Below, piece after piece: positions 1 to 11,688 of a stretch of DNA of 64,000 bases. Positions within the stretch are counted from its first letter, which is position 1; the number at the start of each line of letters is the position of its first letter. A program made the translations under genes and the position numbers. Source of the DNA: Octopus sinensis (Eukaryota). Under the pieces are notes generated by a model that was not told the origin of the DNA, did no database searches, and saw only the letters and a program-made list of their open reading frames with translations. The stretch spans positions 18,910,001 to 18,974,000 of the forward strand of contig NC_043009.1 in NCBI RefSeq assembly GCF_006345805.1, written 5' to 3'.

Positions 1-906
1 TAAATTGATGGACAGGATGAGATAAACAAGTAAAAGTTATGTCCTGAAAATGAGATAAAATGGCATCACTCAGTAATAAAAAAATGAACCGACTTTTTAG
101 GGAGTATTTCCAAATACTAATGATCACAGGCTAATAATTCGTGCAAAGATCCAAGATTACTATGATAAAGGAGTTGTGAATGAAATTAGATCATGCCTGT
201 TTATGCCACATAAGTAATACAATTGACAGAACAAGAATCCAACTGATAGACTCGTTTTATCATTAGTTTACTTGTAATAATCTTATGTCATTTATATAAT
301 AATGATTTATGCCGAAATGGGTACTTAGCTTAATCTTTGCAAGAGAAGAATGTAAAATACTAAAATCAGGGAGGTACCATAATTTTCATGGTTTTCCGAA
401 CAACTGTTTGTTAAAATAGTGTCAAGCTTTTCCTTCTGCACGTCATGAATTAACGCATTAATCGCACTCCATGCAAGGGACACAACTGTGCAATCAACAA
501 GTGTGTCAATATATCATGAGAAATAATTCCTTTCAAGCAGCTCTTTGTTATTAATAATCGTTCGCCCGATTATTACAGGCGCTTTAGATCTCCCAAGCTC
601 ACGTGTAAATGATTAAGAGAAATTCTTTCATTTAGTTTATGGAAGATTATTAGAAATTGGATTTTTAAAAAACTTCAACTTTCGGCATTTAATAAAATAA
701 GTTATGTCTCAGTTTTCTTCTTTTGCTGGTTGTTACCGATTTTAAATTCCTTCACTAACTTGATGGCAATATTAAATGCTTAAGACGAAATAATTTCTAT
801 CGAAAATCGACTCTGGCATAAAGGGACATGACTAAATACGTCATGACTATTGTTCAGCGCTCTACAAACTGCAAATTTTAATTAAAACATTCCCAAATTC
901 TTTCAG

Positions 907-1042
907 GATTCAATTTATTGCTATTGTGCTAATAACTATAGCAAACACGGCGCCTTGGATAAGTCCAAATGTTACTCCAAATGTCCGGGTAAGCCATCCG
1001 ATATATGTGGAGGCCGTTACGCACTATCCGTGTATTCTTCAG
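907..1042 (+). CDS. WSC-domain gene, C-half exon (phase 0-1)
   Basis: tttcag acceptor, TCAG|gtaaga donor, 136 nt. Translates DSIYCYCANNYSKHGALDKSKCYSKCPGKPSDICGGRYALSVYSS, matching the WSC C-half pattern CxC...C...CxG...CGG...SVY. Confidence 0.9.
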
Positions 1043-1998
1043 GTAAGAAATATCGCACCTATTTGTTCTTTAATAAAACCACTTAGCAATACACTACAAA
1101 AAACACAGTCTTATACTGTTAACACATACGAACACATTCCTATTTAGATGTCATCCATGCGAGCTCTGCAGTTACTGTAATACAGACTAAAACTCCAGGC
1201 AAACGCCTACTAAACATAGTCATGATTTTGAAGGCAACTTAAGAAATGATCGGCCAATGACTTGACACCAAACTCACAACATGATGTTCCATTCTACGTT
1301 AAAGCTATTTCACTCCATTAGTAAGTAATGTTAGTAAAATAGCAGCATTAAGACACCCATTAATCACATGCTTAGTATTCTTAATTTTTATGACGATCCG
1401 GTAGAAGGAAGATGAAACAGATGCAGAACATGAAATATCCGCAGAACATGAAACAACTGCCCTCAGATATTAAGAAATTCCTTTTATTCTTAAACACACT
1501 TTACTAAACTATAACTTTATTAGAATTATTAAATGATATTGTCATCCTCAAGTACATTAATATTTTTTTCTTTTTAAATTTTAGTTCCTTTTGTAAAGAA
1601 GCAAGGTAAGAAACTATTAAAATATATTTTGAATTTGTTGGATATTTGTGGTGTTTTGATCAGTTGTTTAGCTATAGGTCATTTCTGATCAAGAACATTT
1701 ATAATCAAAGCTGTTCCGGCCATGACTATCCGTCTTTTCTTTGGTTCCAGTCTAAATTGAACTACATTATTCTGCGTATCCTCTTTATTTTAAGATGGAA
1801 AGCTGCGATTTTAAAGCGATTTGGCTGCTATTGCCAGCAGATCGGGTGAAGGCATAAATAGACTCCTTCGTTGACAGTTCTTTGGTATAAATCATTGTTT
1901 GTGCTTCCTTCTCATATGTTCTTTCGTCTTATTGTTCACAGATATGCCGTGATTTTTATCAGCTCGCATATATTTAACAGTCAATATCTCATCACTGT

Positions 1999-2345
1999 AA
2001 GGCGGCGAGCTGGCAGAAACGTTAGCACGCCGGACGAAATGCGTAGCCGTATTTCGTCTGCCGTTACGTTCTGAGTTCAGATTCCGCCGAGGTTGACTTT
2101 GCCTTTCATCGTTTCGGGGTCGATAAATTAAGTACCAGTTACGCCTTGGGGTCGATGTAATCAAGTTAATCCGTTTGTCTGTCCTTATTTGTCCCCTCTG
2201 TGTTTAGCTCCTTGTGGGTAGTAAAGAAATAGGTATTTCGTCTGTCTTTACGTTCTGTGTTCAAATTCCGCCGAGGTCGACTTTGCCTTTCATCCTGGCC
2301 CCCTCTCCAAAAATTTCGGGGCTTATACCTAGAGTAGATAAAAAT
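1999..2345 (+). mobile_element. tRNA-derived SINE (family A) with partial internal duplication
   Basis: Head ggcggcgagctggcagaaacgttagc, B-box-like gttcagattcc. Homologous copies at 34522-34744 (-) and ~53730-53860. Confidence 0.8.
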
Positions 2346-2385
2346 ATTTCGTCACTCAAATGAATTAATTATTTTGTATGAGCAG

Positions 2386-2510
2386 ACTACATCGGCTGTT
2401 TTCATGATAAAGCCATATCGAGAGTAATGACAAGCAGAATCTGGATGAGTGAAAATCTTACTATACAGAATTGTCAAAATAAATGTGGCAGATGGAATTA
2501 CAAATATGCT
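2386..2510 (+). CDS. WSC-domain N-half exon (alternative or degenerate)
   Basis: gcag acceptor. Translates (D)YIGCFHDKAISRVMTSRIWMSENLTIQNCQNKCGRWNYKYA, the YIGCF...MT..C...C...YA WSC pattern. It lacks the usual GLQ, and the only donor is a weak GCT|gtgtat. Confidence 0.6.
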
Positions 2511-2609
2511 GTGTATCACTTATTGACAATAATGTGTTTTATAGTATATCTCTTCATCTCCGTCTACGAGCCATTATATGTGTTTTTTTTATCGCGTGTC
2601 AGTGTAGGG

Positions 2610-2830
2610 CAGACAAATTTTGATTAGAGGAAACAAACTTAGAAAAGTGAACATCAGACGTGGAATATTTCAAAGTGATTGCTTAACTCAATTGCTGTTT
2701 GTATTGGCCATGATACCGCTCAGTTTGATATTGCGAAAAGTTAAAATAGCTTCCGGTCTGGGGAAAAGATGTGATCAGATAAATCATCTCCTTGTTTTGG
2801 ATGATTTATAAAGATTTATACGAAAAATGA
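2610..2830 (+). mobile_element. R4/Dong-like LINE RT fragment
   Basis: IRRGIFQSDCLTQLLFVLAMIPLS...INHLLVLDDL corresponds to RT motifs QGD and (Y)MDD. Confidence 0.8.
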
Positions 2831-2882
2831 TATCATCATCATCATCACCATCATCACCATCATTATCATTATTATTATTATT

Positions 2883-2915
<33 letters not shown>

Positions 2916-2958
2916 TTCATCATCATCATCATCATCACCATCATTATTATTATTATTA

Positions 2959-3015
<57 letters not shown>
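2830..3015. repeat. (TCA)n(TTA)n microsatellite
   Basis: Read directly from sequence. Confidence 0.95.
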
Positions 3016-3019
<4 letters not shown>

Positions 3020-3560
3020 TAGTTTTATTTTTATAGCGTGCTTTCAATATTCTTTATTTCTTCATAGTTGTCAGGTACTATGACTCTTTTTTTTTGTATT
3101 TTTAAGCTTCCTTAACGACCGAAAACAGTTTTCTATTTTGTTCGTGTTTTGTGGCTGTTTGTATTAGTTTTCCTTGCTTCTAATGTAGGTATTTTGTAAT
3201 CGTAAGGTGGTTATTTTGTAATAGTTTTCTAGCCTCTACTACCTTCCATACATTGTATATATAACCTTTCTATGTAAGATTTTGGGTGGTGCATCCTAGA
3301 TACTGTCATTATTTTTCCTGTTTTCCTGTCTATTTTGGTTAGTTTATTTAATGTCAAGCTAAAGATATTGTTGCTGTAACTTATAACTGGGACGGCTAAA
3401 GTGTTAATACCTATTATCTTGTTTTTAGCATTGAGCTCTGTTTTCAGTATTGATCTAACTCGTCTATAGTATTCTTTTTTCTTTTTTTCTTTCGTTTGTA
3501 TGCGTTATATCGCATCTAGTTCATTGATTCCTATGTCTGGCTTTGGTCTAATTCTCTTAT
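3015..3560 (-). mobile_element. R4/Dong-like LINE, internally deleted (RT thumb region joined to 3' end)
   Basis: Minus frame KEYYRRVRSILKTELNAKNKIIGINTLAVPVISYS...MHHPKS. Its 3' end (gaaagcacg...aaaactactgaa) runs into (TAA)n. Confidence 0.75.
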
Positions 3561-3574
3561 TCTCACATCCAGTT

Positions 3575-3950
3575 CTGTTTGAAAAGGCTAAAGACAGACA
3601 CTTTCCTCTTCGGCCAAGCCCTCATCAACTTTTTCAAGTTTCGCTTGAAAAAAAGTTAAGGGTGGAGAGGGAAGTGTTGCCTTGTAACAAGTTTGTTGAA
3701 AGGTAAATAAATGACCCGTGTGAAAGGACCAATTCTGAGCGTGCACCTTTAAAAAGGGAATTAAAGAAGGGCTCTTACCCTGTTGATTAGCCACCCTATT
3801 GGGAGTTTTTATTAGTTTAATTTTTAATTGCTATTTATATTGTTTACACGTGGAAAACCCAGTGTATCGTCCTGTTTTTATCTTTTATAATGTTGTATGC
3901 CATTTAATGTTTTGTATGTGAACCCTTGAGGCTAATAGAAGAATTTATTG
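3575..3950 (+). mobile_element. Tx1/L1-like LINE 3' end
   Basis: Closely similar to 15050-15240 (...KKKLRVEREVLPCNKFVER), followed by a T-rich 3' UTR. Confidence 0.75.
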
Positions 3951-4738
3951 TTATTATCATTCAGTAGTTTTATTTTCATCGTGCTTTCACTTCACTACCG
4001 AGCGCAGTTCTGTGTACCTTGGGTATGTGCTGTGATTTGTTGTGATGCTCTGATGGTTACTGTATTGAAAGTGTTCTGCGTAGGATGTGGGCAGTGCCCA
4101 GTAGTGCAATTTTCTGTATGTTATATGTGTTTGTAAGTCCTGGTATTTTTGTTATGTATTTGTCTGAATATTTTTTTATCATGCCTAATGCGCCTACTAT
4201 GATAGGAATTATTTCTGTTTTTAGATTCCACATTCTAGTTACCTCTATTTCCAGGTCTTTGTATTTTGAAAGTTTCTCCATTTCTTTTAGAGAAACGTTG
4301 TTATCTGCTGGTATTGATACATCAATTAGAAAGCAGACTATATCTGGTCTGTTGGCCTTAATTTCTCTATCTGTGTGTATTGGCATATCCCAGAGTATGG
4401 TTGCTTTCTCGTTTTCTGTGACCTTTTCTGGTGTGTGCCTATACCATCTTTTTTCTGTTGTTATTCCATAATGTTGGCATAGCCTCCAGTGTATGTAGCT
4501 CCCAACTCAGTGGTGTCTGTGAATATATTCCTTCTTAGCCAGGACTGGGCAGCCAGAGATAATATGATTTATTGTTTCTTTCCATCTCCACATATTCTGA
4601 AGTTACTTGTTATATTTCTTTTCATTACATGTTTTTGGTAATTTCTGGTGGGGAGGCTTTGGTCTTGTGCTGCAATTAAAAAACCCTCCGTCTCTGCTTT
4701 GAGTCCTGAGCTTCTCAACCATTGCTGGGATTTTCAAC
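3950..4738 (-). mobile_element. R4/Dong-like LINE 3' portion (CCHC finger and restriction-like endonuclease)
   Basis: AETEGFLIAAQDQSL, decayed CCHC (RICGDGKETINHIISGCP), ILWDMPIHTDREIKANRPDIV...LIDVSIP...KEMEKLSKYKDL, a PD-(D/E)xK RLE. Flanked by TAA-type repeats. Confidence 0.9.

Positions 4739-4739
<1 letters not shown>

Positions 4740-4816
<77 letters not shown>
4740..4816. repeat. (TTA)n microsatellite
   Basis: Read directly from sequence. Confidence 0.95.
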
Positions 4817-4818
<2 letters not shown>

Positions 4819-4993
4819 TTTCTTTTAACTCATGTTTTTGGAACCCCTGGAGTCTTGCATGCATAGCGGGCTTGCTACCTGCAGCCTATGGTACCATGCT
4901 CTTTATTCATCTCAACTATCTGATACTTTCCTGATGATTTGGGCCATGCCAGGGAGGCAAACTTTATTGGGCACTCTATTATTATTATCGTTG

Positions 4994-5025
<32 letters not shown>

Positions 5026-5176
5026 TATATATACATTTGCCTACTTGTATGTGAGCAGTAGTACAAAAACAGCTCTACATACATCACTCTGAAATTAAAT
5101 TTTTTCAAATCTGCATCAGATGTGTGATTATATTGTCACTTGTCTATTTCTATTGAAACACTTCTCCGCGTTTAAG

Positions 5177-5307
5177 GATATATTGGCTGCTTTAAAGATG
5201 GACGTCCTCCTGCAATAGAAAATCGGTACTGGAGAGAAGATAAAATGACTATAGAAAAATGTCAGAATCACTGTCGAGAAAGAAGCACAAAATATGCTGG
5301 TCTGCAG
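5177..5307 (+). CDS. WSC-domain N-half exon (phase 1-0)
   Basis: tttaag acceptor, CAG|gtaagt donor, 131 nt. Translates (G)YIGCFKDGRPPAIENRYWREDKMTIEKCQNHCRERSTKYAGLQ. Confidence 0.92.
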
Positions 5308-5371
5308 GTAAGTAAATACAATTTAATGTTTCAATATTCTAATGTTCTTCTATGTATATGTATACACACAG

Positions 5372-5409
<38 letters not shown>

Positions 5410-5929
5410 AATATAGATGGACATTTCTCCATTAACTACAAAAGATTGTTAGCAATAGTTTAAGAGTATTTTATAGTTATGCAAATTACAAGTATTCCAA
5501 CTAAACCATCAGAGGAAAATTCTAGAAACAACGATTGAAGCCTGCTCAATCAGCGTCATTATTTATGGGGTCAAGTCCATTAATAATACATAATCGAGTT
5601 GTCTGTGAACCCCACTGAACGTGATTTGCTTTGTAGCTTTAACGATAGCTTGCTATTTTTTTTCGGCCAAAAATTGTTTAAAAGAGACGCAGTTTAAGGC
5701 GAGGAAAATTGTATTCTGTCTGATAAAGCATGGCCATGTGATGTTTCTTATTACGAGGTTCAAAGAAAATTCATGTCGCTATAAGAAAATGGCGAAGGTT
5801 ATAACTGAGCCAACTACAGCACATTATTGATATTTACTTCATACACTGTGAAGGGCTGAAAATTACAAACAATCTCCCGATATTTGAAATATAAATGCTC
5901 AAACCATTCCAGCTTTATTATCATCTCTT

Positions 5930-6710
5930 TTACTCTTTTACTAGTTTACTTGTTTCAGTCATTTGACTGCGGCCATGCTGGAACACCGCCTTTAGTCGAA
6001 GAAATCGACCCCAGAACTTATTCTTTGTAAGCCTAGTACTTATTCTATCGGTCTTGTAACGAACCTGTGAGTGAATATCTTCTCTTGTACTTTCGGGGTA
6101 CAAGAAAGCAATCACTAGCCGTTGCTTTAATAATCCAGAATTCTACCAGTCAGAAACAACAAGACGCAGACGTAAATAATATATATACTACTTTATTCTC
6201 TAATGTGGTAACAGTAACAATAAGTGGTTATCTGGTATCCCTTTGGTATAAATGTGTCAGTGCTGAACCTTATCGCTGTAAAATAAGAAAGTGTTCAAAT
6301 GCAAAACGGCACTGGTCAAAGATGGCGTCCGGAACAGGGAGAAGATGTGGTCTGCAACAATTTGGTTAAAGGCCTTTTGGTAAGGTGCTGCTAGAATCAA
6401 GTTCGGACGGAAAAAAATATACGTGACCGTCGCCTTCAGTCGCTGCTGTCTCAAGTCGCTGCTTGCTGGACGCTGGTGGTCAACGTCTTACGATCCCCTT
6501 GCCTCGGCTAACTGCTACGTAGGCAAAAGGGTTCTTCTTCCGGTGGTGAAAGCACCAACCCCGCACGCGCGAAATACAAATGGACGGTGCGCGAGCGCGC
6601 GCCGTTGTATAGGATCACTACAGTCTCTTTTGCCGGACCGCTAAGTGACGGGGACGTAAACACATCTGCATCGGTTGTCAAGCGATGTTGGGGGACAAAC
6701 ACAGACACGC

Positions 6711-6764
<54 letters not shown>

Positions 6765-6956
6765 TACATACATATACATATATATATATATATACAACGG
6801 GCTTCTTTCAGTTTCCGTCTGCCAAATCCACTCACAAAGCTTTGGTCGGCCCGAGGCTATAGTAGAAGACACTTGCTCAAGGTGCCACGCAGTGGGATGA
6901 ATTCGGAACCATGTGGTTGGTAAGGAAGCTACTTACCACACAGCCACTCCTGCGTC
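5930..6956 (-). mobile_element. tRNA-derived SINE (family B) split by a solo LTR
   Basis: Head (gcaggagtggctgtgtggtaagtagc) near 6955, tail near 5930. The ...gagac|cgatagaataagtac segment, contiguous in the 17051 copy, is interrupted at 6055-6622. Confidence 0.85.
6055..6622 (-). mobile_element. Solo LTR (Gypsy-type), 568 bp
   Basis: TG...CA termini and 4-bp target duplication gtct (6051-6054 and 6623-6626). AATAAA and GCCATCTT on the minus strand. Confidence 0.85.
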
Positions 6957-7302
6957 TATCTCTTCATTTTATTCATTTATAAATATTTGACCTTGTGCTA
7001 ATTTCATATTTCATAAACTAATAATTTAATTACCATCCAAGTATAACGAAACGCTATCAGATATCGCACTTAATGAGGTGGTTATATTTATCTTCTGTTT
7101 CGTTGATAGATCCATAAAGTAAAATACCAGTCAGAGATAAATTGTAGGGATCGATTTTATTGACTTTACAAAACTGTGTCAGTTTCAACCAAATTAGAAG
7201 TCGTTATTTACATCTTAATTCAGATGCCATTGAAATTTGTATATACCATGCCATTTAATTGATTGATTGTTTTGTTATATATTTTGAACCGCTAAAATTT
7301 AG

Positions 7303-7438
7303 CATGGTCAGCTATGTTACTGTGGCAACACTTATGAGACATATGGTCCTTTAGGCGGAGATCATTGTGGCATGGAATGTGCTGGAGATCCTACGGAATT
7401 CTGTGGAGGGTACCTTGCTAATTCGATTTTTAGTACAC
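7303..7438 (+). CDS. WSC-domain C-half exon (phase 0-1)
   Basis: tttag acceptor, C|gtgagt donor, 136 nt (same length as 907-1042). Translates HGQLCYCGNTYETYGPLGGDHCGMECAGDPTEFCGGYLANSIFST, in frame with 5177-5307. Confidence 0.92.
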
Positions 7439-7949
7439 GTGAGTATTATTTCGTTCTGCGTTGATTTTATTTTATTAAGACAGCCAAAGTAGAAAGATCG
7501 TATATAAGTTAGGTGATGATGACGATGATGAGGAGGAGGTGGAGGAGGAGGGGAAGGAGGAGGAGAAGGAGAAGGAGGAGGAGGAGGAGGATTGGGAGGA
7601 GGATTTGATATCATTGATTGTCGATAGCAAACGTTTCATGAACTAAATTCTTGTACTTGTACTAATGAGTGCTAATGAGCAGAAAAGAAAAAAGAGATGA
7701 TGTTCAAGCCAGAAATTTGAGTTTGAATATTCAGTGATCGTCCAATCCTTTTCCAGTTTTCTGATCCTATCAGGGAAAACTATAACTTTCTCTTCCGGAA
7801 AGGATTTCGTTCATTAACTTCAACACGACAGGCTTTTCCATCATTCTCTTAGTAAGTGGAACATCATTCTCAAGGAAATGGAGGGAACAACATTTAATAT
7901 TCGAACTTGGCACTATGTCATCGACAAGTGAACGTTTATCCTTCCACTC

Positions 7950-7987
<38 letters not shown>

Positions 7988-8132
7988 CCTTCTAACCTTA
8001 TACATACACATATGTATGTCATTATTCAGTTTAATTTCAAGATTTCTTGCCAATAGATAAAGAGCCGGTTTCTAACCTAGATCCAACCCTCATTCATTGG
8101 AACAACATCAACAGGGTATTTTTGTATGTATG

Positions 8133-8163
<31 letters not shown>

Positions 8164-8639
8164 TCTGGATAGAATAACTGCAAATTTTCGATAGTTCAGT
8201 ACAGGTATTTTCTTTTTATGTCAATATCCGTTGGGTAGCTGATTTCCACAGCTGTACACAGTTTCTCTTCTCTATCTCAAATCATTATGTTAGGTCTATT
8301 GTGTTTACATTTTTAAGAAAAATTATCCCCTGCCGAACACGAACAATATAGTAATTATATTCTACCAAAGAAGCCAGGTGAGATTTGTTTTGATGCAACA
8401 ATATTTTATCAAAAAATTTCAGTGAAAGAAGTTCCCTGTTTAATATTCGCTGGCAATGTTTAAATTTGGTCAAAAAAGGTAATGAAGATTTCGTTACACA
8501 TGCCGGAGTGGTATAAGAAATTTCAATTCAGTGAGTTGACCCCGGACATGTTTAAGTCTTTAATTTTTGTTCAAGGGCTTACTGCAAGCAAAGATGCAGA
8601 TATACATTCCCGGATATTTACAAAATGAGAACAGGACCA

Positions 8640-9085
8640 AAATTTAACTCTGTATTATAGCCATACTGAAAGAAACAGTAGGGAAGTCACGCGCGAAAGG
8701 GATTGCGATAGGTACCTTTATTTCCAGTCAATGTCAAGTTAATTACTTTAACTACCACCTTAAAAGTAAGATCAGGCTGGAAAAGTGATACCTGACACAT
8801 AGCACGTTCCGTAAAAGATGGCAGAATGTGGGGAGAAAGTTGAGGATAAATGGAGCCGGCTAGGCAGCCATGCAACCGGGATAAAATGAAACGTCAGTCA
8901 ACGGCTCTGGGCCTATGAGCCCAGGTAACTTTCATGTGACATGTGTAAATATTTATTTATAATTTTATTATTTTAAATCGAAATTTTTGAAAAAGGAAAA
9001 TACGAACTCTTTATGTTTTGTCTGTCGTTGTACTGTCCCCTCTTCGTTATGCCCAGTGTAGCAAATAAAGAAAAAGTTCGTGTCG
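8640..9085 (+). mobile_element. Decayed Tx1/L1-like ORF2 C-terminus and 3' UTR (second family)
   Basis: NYFNYHLKSKIRLEK*YLTHSTFRKRWQNVGRKLRING aligns with NFFKFHMKRKLRAEREVLPCSKFVERWVNVGR at ~15090-15190. Confidence 0.55.
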
Positions 9086-9498
9086 GAGGGTGCTAGTTCC
9101 ACAGTCATGTATTGATAATTCAAAGTTCACAATTCGAGCTAGCACGTTGGTTCTTAAAAGATTGTTCTTACGTTACGTGTGGTTACTGCTGTTTGTTTCG
9201 ATTATATTGTTATTACACAGTTGCAGTGTATTCATTTATCGATAAAGATATAACAACGCCTGTGGAATACTCAACTCCTTTGCAATGAGCTTAATAGCTT
9301 ATTTGTTCGAACACATAATCGTAAATTCTGACTGAGATATGTATATACATGTGAATGTATGTGTGTGCATGTACATGTGTGTGTATATGAGTGTGTGTAT
9401 TCCTATATAAATATATGTATGAGTGTATGTGTTTGTGTTTGTACTTTATATGTTACAACCTTATTGTTAAAAGGCATCTCTTTTGTTGGTATTTTCAG

Positions 9499-9516
9499 AT
9501 GTTAATGAGAAATAAG
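9499..9516 (+). CDS. Candidate 18-nt microexon, probably carrying the WSC gene stop codon
   Basis: attttcag|ATGTTAATGAGAAATAAG|gtaagt has strong splice signals on both sides. Joined to 7438 in phase 1 it reads HVNEK*. Confidence 0.45.
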
Positions 9517-10392
9517 GTAAGTTTATAAAAGCAACAACATTTCGTTGCCTTTTTTGCTCGTATACTTTCTGTCTTTTCTATCCAAATTATTTGTCGTCTC
9601 CACATTTATTCTGAAAACCATAACTCTAATTAATAAATATATCGATGATAGTTATTGTCACTCTGAGTTTTAAATGATTCAGTTATAGAATGTAACTGTC
9701 AATCTAAGTGAGACACAGCTACCTAAAAAAGTTACTTAGCCAAATGCCATATGTCCATCTTGCAATATATAATTACACAGAAATTAATTTGTTACCTTTG
9801 TCTTTTGCTCATGTTATATTTCACAATATGTATCGATAATTGATCCAGAGAACTTGGTGTAGTATTCTAAACATCAGGTATAAAATAAGAAAATCACCCA
9901 AACTATGGTAGTTGAATAACAGTTATGCCATTATTCAAACAAATGCTAGTTAATTCAGTTGGAAATATCTCATCAAGGCTTTATCTATGAATTAAATTAA
10001 TTACACCGGCGCTGCTCCAGCATAGCCACGGCCTTTAGGCTGGAACATATGAAAGAAATAAAAGATATATATTGAAGTTCATTTATTTACATGTTTAAAA
10101 AATTCTTGTGGAATATAGTATTCAAATATATTCCGAAATCTGTACAACTTCGGTTTCAATAATACTGTACATCGTATATATACATACTTACATATGGAAT
10201 ATAAAGACACAAGAGAAAGAAAATGGAAATTACAAGTCTCTTTATTCACGACTACGTTTCGACCTTTCATGTAGGTGAGATTTTGTGACATCAGGTAACT
10301 GAATACTGCGAACAGGCTTTAAACAGCATACTACAAAGTGTATATCCAAATATGAATTATTATATATGTGATATATGTATATATGTATGTAT

Positions 10393-10460
10393 CTTGACCG
10401 ATCACCAAAGTTAAGCAACGTTGAGCTTTGTTAGTAGTTAGATGGGAGAAACCTTGAGAA
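10393..10460 (+). pseudogene. 5S rRNA-derived fragment (internal control region)
   Basis: cttgaccgatcaccaaagttaagcaacgttgagctttgttagtagttagatgggaga resembles the 5S segment CGATC...AAGYTAAGCA...GTTAGTACTTGGATGGG. Both ends are missing. Confidence 0.75.
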
Positions 10461-10869
10461 ACCTTGGAAAACTACCGTAAAAGATAAAAACATATATATA
10501 TATATGATTCCCTAACTAGACAAGTATATAACAACATGACAGCCTATACTCGGTTAAATCCATACTTATGTGTAGATGTACCCGAGTGATGCAGACTGCA
10601 AAATGGATGCGACACATGTTGAACGGAGTCCTAACATTAAGGGACAGTAGCAAGATGGGTCGAAACGATCATTGTACTAAATAAAGACTGATACCAAATC
10701 CATCTTCTGGTTACTTAATCAATTATTATTATCTCAACTAACATTGCGGAGTCCCAGGAGTAGATCCAACGGAAATATACTCCGACTGCGGATGACACCA
10801 GGTAGCCCAAACTGTGCCAGTACTCTACTCGACACTTCAACACACTAATCGACATATACCCATTAGTCC

Positions 10870-10950
10870 GAGAGAGAGGGAGAGAGACAGAGATAGATAG
10901 GTAGGTAGGTAGTTAGACAGACAGACAGAGAGACAGACAGACAGACAGAC

Positions 10951-11010
<60 letters not shown>

Positions 11011-11156
11011 GATAGATAAATAGATAATCCATAATCGCCAATGGCTCATCGGGAACAAAGGAACAAAATTTAGGAAGGACTAATTTATAATATCTGGCAA
11101 GAAGGGAAGACGGCAAAAAAACATACATACTCATATGCATACACACACACACACAT

Positions 11157-11187
<31 letters not shown>

Positions 11188-11240
11188 ACAGAGTACACAT
11201 ACACAGACATACAAACACACACACATACACACACACACAT

Positions 11241-11295
<55 letters not shown>

Positions 11296-11335
11296 ATATA
11301 CAAACACAAACACACAAACACACACACACACACAC

Positions 11336-11378
<43 letters not shown>
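10870..11378. repeat. (GACA)n/(GATA)n, (CA)n and (TA)n microsatellite cluster
   Basis: Read directly from sequence. Confidence 0.95.
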
Positions 11379-11381
<3 letters not shown>

Positions 11382-11384
11382 TAA

Positions 11385-11575
11385 TCCAAACAAGAAAGCA
11401 CAAAAAGACACAACAACGTGAGGACGTGGAACAAATATAGTATTATTGGACGCTCAGGAAAGAAGGAAAGAAGGGGGGTTTAACGTTTCGAGCGGAGCTC
11501 TTCGTCGGAAACACAGGAGAAGGAAAGATCCAGAGAAGGGAAGACAGAGGGAAAAAATCGCCAACGGTACACCCG
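11385..11575 (-). mobile_element. Short non-autonomous repeat with degenerate hammerhead core (Penelope-associated type)
   Basis: Reverse-complement homolog of 60760-60950. The core reads CCGACGA here versus CTGACGA there. Confidence 0.6.
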
Positions 11576-11688
11576 AGGTCACAGGGTACTTAGTAGTATC
11601 CAGCAGTGCTAGAAATAAATCAATACGACTCAATAGCCACAAATGCACTTAATGACTGACAAGGGGGATATTTTCCCTGGTGGTCGCC

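Noticed and set aside
1-900. Search for an upstream WSC N-half exon
   Set aside because: No YIGC or YAGLQ-type segment with splice sites was found. It probably lies upstream of the window.
2511-2627. Hydrophobic read-through tail after the WSC N-half exon as a transmembrane anchor
   Set aside because: It would follow half a WSC domain, and T-rich intronic DNA commonly translates as hydrophobic runs.
6067-6765. Several 65-100 aa ORFs in the GC-richer stretch
   Set aside because: They fall within the solo LTR and SINE and have no domain similarity.
10245-10295. Minus-strand CTGATG...GAAACGTAGTC motif
   Set aside because: The core A9 is missing and stem II is disrupted, so it is not called as a ribozyme.
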